In this document: positions 17,733 to 26,087 of the stretch, piece after piece
How positions within the stretch are numbered: the stretch's first letter is position 1
How the letters are laid out: every line of letters begins with the position of its first letter
Assembly (NCBI GenBank): GCA_964629105.1
Contig: CAZVPS010000001.1
Coordinates: 1-40,772 of the forward strand
Direction: 5' to 3'
Origin: an uncultured Anaerolineaceae bacterium
Lineage (GTDB): Bacteria > Chloroflexota > Limnocylindria > Limnocylindrales > CSP1-4
Length of the DNA stretch: 40,772 bases
Program-made: the position numbers and the translations under genes
The notes under the pieces: generated by a model
Database searches by the model: none
The model's input: the letters and a program-made list of their open reading frames with translations, nothing else
Told to the model about the DNA's origin: nothing

Positions 17733-18353
17733 ATGATTCCCGGGCTCATGGCCGCGGCCGTGAGGTCCGCGCGCCGAGACCGCCGGATCATCCTCGTGCC
17801 AGAGCTTCATGGGCCTTGCGGCGTCGTCGACCTTGGACTTGTGGAGACCACCGATGAGACCTTGTCGGCGCGTCTCAATCTAGGAGTGCCTCCTCTGCTC
17901 AACCAGCTAGACGCCGCCATCGTCGGATGCCTCGCCGCCCGAAGACCGATGACGTTGTCGGCGGTCGCTCAAGCCCTTGGGTGGCCAGAGCGTGACCTCT
18001 CCGGGCGTGCAACAGGCTTGCGAAGGCGTGGCGTCATCGCTCAGCTACGGTCTGGATGCTTGGTGCGGCCGGAGGGCTTGAAGCCGCTCGGACGGCTATC
18101 CGTGTTCGAAGCGAAGGTAGACGACTGGCAGCGGGGACTCGCACAGGCAGCGTCCTACGCCACCTGGTCGGACGACGCCACTCTGGCGCTCCAACGGCTT
18201 CCGCGCGACTCGTCTCGTGCACTTGCGATGGCGAGTGACCTCCGGCTCGGGCTTATCGCCAACGGGCACTGGGAGCGCAGGGCGGAATTCCAGCGACTGC
18301 CGCGTCAGACGCGAATGTGGGCCTCCGAGCACGTAGTCGCCGCACTCCTCTAG
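17733..18353 (+). CDS. PD-(D/E)xK nuclease-like protein with an inserted winged-helix segment
   Basis: ELHG..VVDLGLV ... SVFEAKVDDWQRGLAQAASY gives an E / D / ExK / Q..Y arrangement. The intervening LDAAIVGCLAARRPMTLSAVAQALGWPERDLSGRATGLRRRGVI looks like a wHTH. ATG 17733 has a GAGG 6 nt upstream. The track ORF starts at 17631 (alternative start). Confidence 0.5.
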   Translation: MIPGLMAAAVRSARRDRRIILVPELHGPCGVVDLGLVETTDETLSARLNLGVPPLLNQLDAAIVGCLAARRPMTLSAVAQALGWPERDLSGRATGLRRRGVIAQLRSGCLVRPEGLKPLGRLSVFEAKVDDWQRGLAQAASYATWSDDATLALQRLPRDSSRALAMASDLRLGLIANGHWERRAEFQRLPRQTRMWASEHVVAALL

Positions 18354-18359
18354 CTCTCG

Positions 18360-19233
18360 CTACCAGCCCTCTCCCGCCACATAGCCCTCCAGCCCGGCTT
18401 TGACCGCGCTCAGCCATCTTGCCGAGCCCGCTGAGAGCGGTCGAGCAAGGGTGTCCACCCGGACGAAATCAGCTAGCGCAGACGCATACCGGCCGAGCAG
18501 CCACGAGGCTCTCGCCCTGCGGTCGGGCAGTGCCTGGATTGCTGCCGCCTCGGATGCGAGGATGGCGAGGTGGCGTTCCCAAAGCGGATTTCCGTTGCCG
18601 GGGAGGACGCCGGGGACCAGCCGCGCCGATAGAGCCCGATCGTTCCGGAGGAGAAGCTCTGCCTCGGGTCGCTTCAGCACTCCATAGAGCCCCGCGTGCG
18701 TGATGCGGTGTGACGTCCTTCTTGTCGTCGTGCCGCTTTGAAACGCAACGGCCGAGAGTATCCGTTGTCGCAGATCCCATCCGGATCCGATCGCTGACGC
18801 ACCGGCCGCCATCGCGGGCAGACCGAACAGATCAGAGCACTGCACGACGACCTCGCATCGCCGTGACAGCGAGTCGACCGATCGACAGAGCCCGGTGATC
18901 TCGGCGGCCAGCGCCTGGGGCGGGTAGTCGAGATCTGGTCTCACGACGGAGATCAATACGCCGGCAGGTCGGAGCTGGGCGATCTGGCCAACGTAGTCGT
19001 CGAGAACACGCCCTTGCGACCAGAACGCTCCGGAGCCGATGATCGCCAGGCGGACCTCATTCCCCTGCGAGCGCGCCACCGAGGCCAGCTCGAGACTTCG
19101 GTCTGCGTCAAGCCCGATGGAACTCACCAAGGCGACAGCTGGAGCCACGGGAGGCAGCCCGAGATCGAGCTGAGCCCCTAGGGTTCGGAGCACGTGCCCA
19201 TTCAGGCGCGATGAGCTGCTGAGGTCGCTTCGC
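18360..19233 (-). pseudogene. gene X, C-terminal fragment (residues 88-377 of the reconstructed protein)
   Basis: The frame continues exactly from fragment 21970..22235 once the IS and one CTTCGC copy are removed. Residues encoded above 19233 in track ORF 18360..19514 are IS-derived. Confidence 0.8.
19228..19233. repeat. target-site duplication CTTCGC (right copy is at 21970-21975)
   Basis: Identical hexamers directly abut both IS termini. Confidence 0.85.
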
Positions 19234-19282
19234 TGCGTATTCCGCTGAATCCGATCACCCATTCCGGGGTTTTCGATCACCC
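19234..19282. repeat. IS21-family right terminal inverted repeat region
   Basis: TGCGTATTCCGCTGAATCCGATCACCCATTCCGG followed by GGTTTTCGATCACCC. Confidence 0.8.
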
Positions 19283-19335
19283 TCGATCGGAGGCCGCGGA
19301 GCGGCCGACGCGAGGGTTGGTTCACCCCCTGATGG

Positions 19336-20247
19336 TCACCTCCTCTCGGTGGTCTGCGGATAGTCTGGCACACCGCCCGTGGTGGGCGACGCTGGGGATC
19401 CGGGAGGGTCATCCATGCCTCCCCGGTGCTGGCGCGGCCGTCCTGGGCCGTCTGTGGTGGGCGGATCCGGCGTGATCGCCGGATCCGGGGCCGATACGAC
19501 CTCGGCTGGGTCATCAGCAGCCCTCGCCGCCCGGCGGCGCGAGTCGCCCTTGAGCTCCAGCCGATAGGCGTTGTGGACCAGGCGGTCGAGGATCGCGTCG
19601 GCGATGGTGGGCTCGCCGAGGGCCTCGTGCCAGTGGCCGACCGGCAGTTGGCTCGTCACGATGGTCGAGCGGAGGCCGTGGCGATCCTCGATCACCTCCA
19701 GCAGGTCGGCCGCCCGTGGAGCCGGCACCGGCTGGAGGCCGAGGTCATCGAGGACCAGGACATCGATCCGTGCCCAGCTCGCCATGAGCCGCGGCAGCCG
19801 GCCGTCAGCGCGTGCCAGCACCAGCTCGTCGAGCAGGCGCGGCACCCGCAGGTAGAGCGCGGTGTGACCCCGGCGGATGGCGGCGTGGGCGAGCGCGCAG
19901 GCGAGGAACGTCTTGCCCACCCCGGTCGGTCCGGTCACGAGCACGTTGCGATGGGCGGTCACCCAGTGGCCCTCGGCGAGGCCCAGGACGGTCGCCCGGT
20001 CGAGGCCCCGGGGGCCGCGCAGGTCGAGATCCTCGATGACCGCGTCGCTGCGGAGACGGGCGGCCTTGAGGTGGCGTGCCAGCCGGCGGTTGTCGCGGTC
20101 CTGCATCTCCCGGTCGACGAGCAGGCCGAGGCGCTCCTCGAACGAGAGGGCGGCGTAGTCGGGACGCTCCAGCTGGTCGAGGAGCGCGCGGGCCATGCCG
20201 GTCAGGGCGAGGGCGTGCAGCTTGTCGATCGTCGGTGTGATGAGCAT
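19336..20247 (-). CDS. istB: IS21-family helper ATPase IstB
   Basis: ATG at 20247. Walker A GPTGVGKT, Walker B VLVLDDLG, and the ILDRLVHNAYRLELKGDS tail. Carries an unusual Pro-rich C-terminal extension of about 55 aa that ends 102 bp inside the IS terminus. Confidence 0.9.
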   Translation of the reverse strand: MLITPTIDKLHALALTGMARALLDQLERPDYAALSFEERLGLLVDREMQDRDNRRLARHLKAARLRSDAVIEDLDLRGPRGLDRATVLGLAEGHWVTAHRNVLVTGPTGVGKTFLACALAHAAIRRGHTALYLRVPRLLDELVLARADGRLPRLMASWARIDVLVLDDLGLQPVPAPRAADLLEVIEDRHGLRSTIVTSQLPVGHWHEALGEPTIADAILDRLVHNAYRLELKGDSRRRAARAADDPAEVVSAPDPAITPDPPTTDGPGRPRQHRGGMDDPPGSPASPTTGGVPDYPQTTERR

Positions 20248-20263
20248 GCTGGAGATCTCCTCC

Positions 20264-21811
20264 TCACTCGTAGTAGCCGGCGCCACGCACGTTGGCGTGG
20301 TCGCCGATGGTGGTGACCGGCTCGGAGCCGGGCAGGGGCAGGCCGTCGAGCCCGCCTTTGAGGATCGACTCGACGCTGCGATACGACAGGGCACGGATGG
20401 CGAGCGCCCGGGCCGCCGCTGCCTCTGTGCGCTCGTCCCCATAGCGACGGCCGAGGCGCATGATCCCGAGACACGAGCGGAAGCCCTGCTCGGGGTGGGG
20501 CCGCGACGCCATGATCGCGCTCACCAGGGCGGCCGTGGCGGGTCCGGTCCCGCTGGCCCAGGCGACGATCCGCCCGGGCGTCCACTCCGCATGGCGGCGG
20601 TGCGCCTCGGGCATGTGCGCAGCGTCCGTGGTGAAGCGTCGCTGCTCGCCCGAGCGGCGGTGGCTCGCCACCCTCCTGCCGCGGTGGAGGACTTCCACGA
20701 TCGCAACCGTGACCCGGATGTCGCACCGCTCGCCGACGAGCCCGTAGGGCACGCTGTACCAGTGGCGGTCGACCTCGACGTGGTAGTCGATGTTGACCGT
20801 GGCGGTCTTCCAGGTGGCGAACTCGTAGGGCTGCGCGGGCAGGGGCCGCAGGGCCGGGCGGTCGAGCTCCGCGAACAGACTGAGCCGGGACCCGGGCAGC
20901 TTCTTGAACGGGCGCGCGTTGAGCCACACGAGCCGCTCGGCGATCGCCTCGTTCGCCTCCGCGATGGAGAAGAACGTGCGATGGCGCAGGGCGGCCAGGA
21001 TCCAGCGCTCGACGACCAGCACGCCGGATTCCGCCTTCGCCTTGTCCCGGGGCTTCCGGGGGCGAGCCGGGATGACGGCACACCCGTAATGGGCGGCCAT
21101 CTCGGCGTAGGTGGGGTTGACGTCCGGCTCGTAGCGGTGGGCCCGGGTGACGCCTGAGCGGAGGTTGTCCGGCACGATCAGTCGGGTGCAGCCGCCGAGG
21201 AAGGCGAACGTGTGGACGTGCGCGGCGATCCAGTGGGGCAGCTCCTGGCTGGGCAGCGACTCGGCATAGGTGTAGCTGCTGGCGCCGAGCACCGCCACGA
21301 ACAGCTGGGCCGGCGTGATCTCCCCGGTCAGCGGGTCGGTGATCGGGATGGTCTGCCCGGCGAAGTCGACGAACAGCTTCTCGCCGGCGCGGTGCTCCTG
21401 GCGCATGACCACGTCGAGATGACGCTGCCAGGCCCGGTAGTGGCGGCAGAACTGGGTGTACTGGTAGCCGTCGGGCCGGCGCTCCTTGTATTCCATGTGC
21501 AGCAACTGGAGGGTCATGCCCTTTCGTCGCAGTTCGCGATGGACCGTCGGCCAGTCGGGCATCGGTCGGCTCGCCGATGGCGGCGGCTCCGGCTTGGCGA
21601 ACAGGCGGGCCTCGAGCGCAGCGTCGTCCAGGTCGTCGGGCAGCGGCCAGCCAAAGCCCGCGGCTCGGGCCCGGGCGAGGTGGTCGGCGACGGTGGTGTA
21701 GGGCAGGCCCGTGGCCGCCCCGGTCGCGCGGCGGCTCAAGCCCTCGCCGAGGGCGAGGCGGAGGATCTCGCGGATCTTGCGCATGGCGGAACGGGGGCGT
21801 GACACCGGCAT
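20264..21811 (-). CDS. istA: IS21-family transposase IstA
   Basis: N-terminal HTH (MRKIREILRL). DDE core candidates (FVDFAG, IVPDNLRSGV, KAKAESGV). Confidence 0.9.
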   Translation of the reverse strand: MPVSRPRSAMRKIREILRLALGEGLSRRATGAATGLPYTTVADHLARARAAGFGWPLPDDLDDAALEARLFAKPEPPPSASRPMPDWPTVHRELRRKGMTLQLLHMEYKERRPDGYQYTQFCRHYRAWQRHLDVVMRQEHRAGEKLFVDFAGQTIPITDPLTGEITPAQLFVAVLGASSYTYAESLPSQELPHWIAAHVHTFAFLGGCTRLIVPDNLRSGVTRAHRYEPDVNPTYAEMAAHYGCAVIPARPRKPRDKAKAESGVLVVERWILAALRHRTFFSIAEANEAIAERLVWLNARPFKKLPGSRLSLFAELDRPALRPLPAQPYEFATWKTATVNIDYHVEVDRHWYSVPYGLVGERCDIRVTVAIVEVLHRGRRVASHRRSGEQRRFTTDAAHMPEAHRRHAEWTPGRIVAWASGTGPATAALVSAIMASRPHPEQGFRSCLGIMRLGRRYGDERTEAAAARALAIRALSYRSVESILKGGLDGLPLPGSEPVTTIGDHANVRGAGYYE

Positions 21812-21896
21812 CTGGCTCCTCGAACGGGTGGATCGTCCGAGGCACCATGCCGGGTCCAGCCTGCCCTCACGTCACCGCTCTGCGGCCTCCCTCAGC

Positions 21897-21969
21897 GGGT
21901 GATCGAAAACTCCGAAACGGCTGATCGGATTGGACCGAAACGGCTGATCGGTTTCAGCCGAAATCCGCA
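21897..21969. repeat. IS21-family left terminal inverted repeat region with a duplicated 17-mer
   Basis: CCGAAACGGCTGATCGG occurs twice (21912-21928 and 21935-21951; 23-nt period). This is the multiple terminal repeat architecture typical of IS21 ends. Confidence 0.8.
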
Positions 21970-21975
21970 CTTCGC
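21970..21975. repeat. target-site duplication CTTCGC (left copy is at 19228-19233)
   Basis: Identical hexamer abutting the IS terminus. Confidence 0.85.
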
Positions 21976-22235
21976 GGACCATCCCACAGGTCCCACGTGT
22001 CATACAACGCCCAGCGATTGGTCGAGGTCAGCAGGGCTCCGTGGGTGGTTGGATCGAACAGAACCTCGCCGCCGACGGCGGTGATTCTGGCGATCAGATC
22101 GCGGGCTCCAAGGCGTCGCGGCTGCGTAGCGGACGGAGTGTCAAACGGGGACAGCATGATCCCCGCTGCGTGTCCACGCTGAATCAGCGTCGTGGCCCAC
22201 AGCGGTTTCCCGGACCGGCCACTGTCCTGAAGCAT
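21970..22235 (-). pseudogene. gene X, N-terminal fragment (residues 1-89)
   Basis: ATG at 22235 with a GAGGAG 4 nt upstream and 8 nt after the kinase TGA. Reads MLQDSGRSGKPLW...WDLWDGPRS, then runs into the IS terminus and stops 16 nt inside it. Confidence 0.8.
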
Positions 22236-22243
22236 TACTCCTC

Positions 22244-23077
22244 TCACAGCGCGACCAGGGCATCGAGGGCCTCGCGGGCATCCAGGTATCGACGCGCAAG
22301 TTGTCGCTGGAGGCAGGTGTCGACGAACTCGACCTGCCCAGCGGATAGGTCAGGCCGTGGGATGCCCACGCTGCTCGCCTGCCCGTCTCGCAACCGCTGT
22401 GCGTAATCGGCGAAGGCGCCGGCATACGGGATCGGGCAAACCCCGGTCAAAGCCTCGTACATCAACACGCCAAGACCGAAGACGTCCGACGCGAACGTGG
22501 GTCGAGCCGCTGGCGAAACGTGTTCCGGCGACATGTACCCAGGGCTGCCGGGGTCCAGGGAACCGGTAATCGTGGTCTTCGCAAGCAGGCGTGCGATGCC
22601 CGGATCCATGACCTTGAAGGTGCCGTCGAGCAGGCAGCGGATGTTGCGTGGACTCAAGTCTCGATGGACGACATCTGCATCTAGGAAGGCCGTCAAGCCG
22701 GCAGCGACTTGCCGAGCCATCTCTGATACCGCTGACCACGCTTGAGGCGTACCCATCCGCGCCTCAAGGTCCTCGCCGTCCAGAAACTCCTCCATCCAGC
22801 AGACGGCCACCGGCGGAGATCCCAGTTCTACCAGACCACTCTCAAGCCGAACGACGTTAGGGTGGGAAATCGAGGCGAGCACGCCGACCTCACGCCTGGC
22901 ACGCTCCAGCACGATCGGGGCATACGGCGGAACGAGCTCGATCAGTTTGACGATTGTCGCTCCATGCGGTCCATCGGCGAGGGCGACCAGCTTCTGGCCA
23001 CCTCCCCCCGCGGGCCTCATGTTCGTTACCCCGAGCGCGGCGGAGGCCGCCGCGATCATTGCTGGATCCATTGCCAC
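22244..23077 (-). CDS. stand-alone Hanks-type (eukaryotic-like) protein kinase domain, 277 aa
   Basis: GGGGQKLV glycine loop, TIVK lysine, REVGVL glutamate, HRDLSPRN catalytic loop (22643-22666), DPG (22598-22606), YMSPEH. GTG start 7 nt after AAGAGGG and 21 nt after the res stop. Confidence 0.85.
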   Translation of the reverse strand: MAMDPAMIAAASAALGVTNMRPAGGGGQKLVALADGPHGATIVKLIELVPPYAPIVLERARREVGVLASISHPNVVRLESGLVELGSPPVAVCWMEEFLDGEDLEARMGTPQAWSAVSEMARQVAAGLTAFLDADVVHRDLSPRNIRCLLDGTFKVMDPGIARLLAKTTITGSLDPGSPGYMSPEHVSPAARPTFASDVFGLGVLMYEALTGVCPIPYAGAFADYAQRLRDGQASSVGIPRPDLSAGQVEFVDTCLQRQLARRYLDAREALDALVAL

Positions 23078-23098
23078 GAGATCGCCCTCTTGGAGGTA

Positions 23099-26077
23099 CT
23101 ACACCTCGTCGGCCGTGACGGCCACCGCGAACGGCACGCCCAACTCCTTGAAGTGCGCCTGCCCGCATCGGACCTTGTCGGCCTCGCTGGTACGGAGATT
23201 CAGGAAGTCTCGAGTCCCCTTGGTCTCACGGACCAGATAGAACGCATGCCCGTCGTCCTTGAGGATGGCCCAGTCCGGGTTGTACCTGCCCAGGGGCGTA
23301 TCGATCTGGAACCAGCCGGGCAGCTTCACGAAGAGCTTGATGTCGTCGCGTTCGTCAAGGCGCGTCGCAAACTCCCGCTCCACCTCGGAGTCGTAGACCA
23401 CGTACTCGTAGACCGAGTGGTTCACTTGGACGGCGGACAGGTAGTTGATCAGCTCCTCGTTCTTGAAGAGCAGCATCTCCCAAGCCGCGCTCGACCCCTC
23501 GCCATCAACACGCTCGTACTTGATGCCGTCGACGAGCAGTCGGCGTAGCTCGTGTTTGAGGATCGCCGACACCGCGTCCATGAACCGTTGGGGATTGTTG
23601 AAGAGCTCTCCGAGGCGACCTGACTCGCGGAGCACCCGCACCAGCGTTGAGCGGGTGAGTTCGGTTTCGTTCTGCAGGTACGCGAGCAGATCGGGCACGG
23701 CGCGGCTGCCGTAGTCGATCCGCTCCTCAGCGACACTCATGGCGGTGGTCGTCATCCCGGCCCGCTCGACACCGAGGCGGCCGGCGGCGACGCGGATGGT
23801 GGGCGCCTCGATGCGGTCCATCCGCTTCAGTGCGTCGACCGCGCGTCGCACAAGGTCATCTGTCGCGAACTCGACCCGGTAAGTCGTTCTGGGTTTGATG
23901 CGATCCCAGAGCACCCGGAACTCGGGCGTGAGCGTCACGTCCTTCTTAAGCCGGTTCGGCCCGTCATCTCGCGCACGGCGAATGTGGCGTTCGATCTGGT
24001 AGGAGGAGAGGAGATCAATCACAGCGGGCGCAAGGTCGCGCTGTGCCTCCGGCAGATCGATCTTGAACCCCGCCCTCCTTGGATTGAAGGCGGGGAGGAT
24101 TCGGCCCGCCGCGTCGACCATGGCCTGCGCGATGAGGGCCACCCGAATCGCCCCAGCTGCTTCGGACCCGATCGGCTGCTCGACATCGTCCACGACGCGC
24201 GTGAGCTTGGCCAGGGCGGTCAGCGGCACCTTGCCGAAGGTCACGCCGCAGTCGTCCTCGTACTCGGTCTGCAGGGCGCGGGCGAACTCCTCGTAGCTCT
24301 CGTTCGCCATGACGTAGAGCTTGTTGACCGAGTCATCGAAGACCCGCACGCCGTTCTGGTCCACCGGCAGGCGCAGCCCGCGCCCGATCTCCTGGCGCTT
24401 CTTGACCGCACTCCGAGTTTCGTTGAGGGTGCAGATCTGGAACACGTTTGGGTTGTCCCAGCCCTCCCGCAGCGCCGAGTGGCTGAAGATGAAACGGAGC
24501 GGTTCGTCGAGTGAGAGCAGCCGCTCCTTCTCCTTCATGATCAGGTTGTAGACGTCGTCGTCTGCCTGCGTGTCGCCCCGGGTGTCCTTGAGCACCCCCT
24601 TCTTGTCCGCTGCGAAGTAGCCATTGTGGAGCCGATCGATCGGCTCCTTGAGCCACTCCAGCTCGCTGAAGCGTTCCTCGGCCGCCAAGAGCGCCAGTTC
24701 AGCCTCGAACACTTCGGCGAACTTGCCCTTCACCGGCGCGCCTGACTCGTCGTAGTCGCGGTAGTTGGCGACGCGGTCCACGAAGAAGAGGCTCAGGACC
24801 TTGATGCCGCGGCCCCGAAGCTGCAGTTCCTTCTCCAGGTGCCGCTTGACCGTGTGCTTGATCTGGGTCCGCCAGACGTCGTCGCGCATGCCACCCGATT
24901 CCTGGCCGATGCGTAGGGTACGGCCGCTGGTGAAGCGGATGAACTCGCCCCCGGGCTCTGCGTTGATTTCGGCCACGGAGAAGCCTTGGGCGTAGTTGGC
25001 ACGTTCGCCGGAGAGCGCGAACAGGTCCGCGCCCTGCTTCACTCTGATCGTCCGTTCACGAGGGCCTTTCGGCGCCCGTACGTGGATTCGGAGCTTGGCC
25101 TTGATGCCATTTCGGTAGTCGATCTCCTCGACGCGTACGAAGGCGTCGTTGGCTGACCCCTCCGTCACGGCGCTCGCGACCACGATCTGCTTCACAAGCT
25201 TCAACTCGAAGGCGCGAATGGGGTCGAGCCGGTAGACCAGGTTGTACGGGTTGCGATGGGTGGCGGAGTATCGCAGCGTGCAAAGCGGATTGAGCGCCCT
25301 GATCGCTTCTTGCGCCCGGTCGGTCGAGTCCACGCTTTGCGGCTCATCGATGATGACGATGGGCCGGGCCGCCTGGACGAACTCGATCGGCTGGCGGCCG
25401 GAGAGCTTGTCGCTCTCCTTGTATATGACATTGCTCCGCTGCTCGGCCTCGGTGCCGATGAAGTTCTTCCGGAAGGCGTCGATGTTGATGATGAGGATCT
25501 GCAGGGTGGTACTGGAGGCGAACTGCCGCAGTCGGTTGATCCTCCGTGCGTCGTAGACGAAGTGTTCGAAGGGCAGGTTGTTGTAGAGGGCCCGGAAGTG
25601 CTCGCCGGTGATTTCGATGTTCTTGAGCACGCCCTCGCGGATTGCGACGCTCGGCACCACGACGATGAACTTCTGGAATCCGTACCGATGCGATAGCTCG
25701 AAGATGGTGCGGAGGTAGACGTAGGTCTTACCGGTGCCGGTCTCCATTTCGACCGAGAAGTGCGGACAGGTTCGCGACTGGTTGGCCGGGCCGTCGAAGA
25801 TTTCCCAGGCCTCCAGTGGTGCAGCGGGATCGGATGCCTCGATCTCGTTGCGCGCCTGGATGGCACGCGTATTCGAGATGAGCGTTTCCTCTGCTAGTAA
25901 GAGGCGATTTCCCGCACCGAGTTCAGTGTGGTCCTGCCCCGAGAACAGCCCGTCCGCCGTCCCAATATCGATGACGCTGTACTCGGGCGCGCCCTCCGGC
26001 TGGCCCTCAAAGAGCCCGGTGACGGCGGAGACCGCGTCGAGCTGGAATTGTTGGTTGGCGTCGAATTGCAGCTTCAC
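23099..26077 (-). CDS. res: type III restriction enzyme Res subunit (helicase-nuclease)
   Basis: METGTGKTYVY (motif I), VIIDEPQS (motif II), and C-terminal PD-ExK (YNPDWAIL...YLVRETKG). 992 aa; starts 10 nt after mod. Confidence 0.9.
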   Translation of the reverse strand: MKLQFDANQQFQLDAVSAVTGLFEGQPEGAPEYSVIDIGTADGLFSGQDHTELGAGNRLLLAEETLISNTRAIQARNEIEASDPAAPLEAWEIFDGPANQSRTCPHFSVEMETGTGKTYVYLRTIFELSHRYGFQKFIVVVPSVAIREGVLKNIEITGEHFRALYNNLPFEHFVYDARRINRLRQFASSTTLQILIINIDAFRKNFIGTEAEQRSNVIYKESDKLSGRQPIEFVQAARPIVIIDEPQSVDSTDRAQEAIRALNPLCTLRYSATHRNPYNLVYRLDPIRAFELKLVKQIVVASAVTEGSANDAFVRVEEIDYRNGIKAKLRIHVRAPKGPRERTIRVKQGADLFALSGERANYAQGFSVAEINAEPGGEFIRFTSGRTLRIGQESGGMRDDVWRTQIKHTVKRHLEKELQLRGRGIKVLSLFFVDRVANYRDYDESGAPVKGKFAEVFEAELALLAAEERFSELEWLKEPIDRLHNGYFAADKKGVLKDTRGDTQADDDVYNLIMKEKERLLSLDEPLRFIFSHSALREGWDNPNVFQICTLNETRSAVKKRQEIGRGLRLPVDQNGVRVFDDSVNKLYVMANESYEEFARALQTEYEDDCGVTFGKVPLTALAKLTRVVDDVEQPIGSEAAGAIRVALIAQAMVDAAGRILPAFNPRRAGFKIDLPEAQRDLAPAVIDLLSSYQIERHIRRARDDGPNRLKKDVTLTPEFRVLWDRIKPRTTYRVEFATDDLVRRAVDALKRMDRIEAPTIRVAAGRLGVERAGMTTTAMSVAEERIDYGSRAVPDLLAYLQNETELTRSTLVRVLRESGRLGELFNNPQRFMDAVSAILKHELRRLLVDGIKYERVDGEGSSAAWEMLLFKNEELINYLSAVQVNHSVYEYVVYDSEVEREFATRLDERDDIKLFVKLPGWFQIDTPLGRYNPDWAILKDDGHAFYLVRETKGTRDFLNLRTSEADKVRCGQAHFKELGVPFAVAVTADEV

Positions 26078-26087
26078 GGCGCGACCG

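Larger units (their letters stand above)
19234..21969 (-). mobile_element. IS21-family insertion sequence (2736 bp), istA-istB
   Basis: TG...CA termini. The terminal 35 nt form an inverted repeat matching at 28/35 positions with one 1-nt gap (19234-19267 vs reverse complement of 21935-21969). A subterminal GTTTTCGATCACCC box occurs at both ends (19269-19282; 21897-21910). Flanked by a 6-bp TSD. Encodes IstA and IstB. Confidence 0.9.

Noticed and set aside
19355-19361. TGCGGAT heptamer identical to the IS left terminus, first taken as the right IS boundary
   Set aside because: No further similarity beyond 7 nt, no target duplication, and the flanks do not rejoin in frame. The true right end is at 19234, which has a 35-nt IR, a TSD and in-frame restoration.
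18360-19514. 384-aa track ORF read as an intact gene
   Set aside because: Everything above 19233 is IS21 terminal sequence and the IstB tail read in another frame (Arg/Pro-rich). Only 18360-19233 belongs to gene X.
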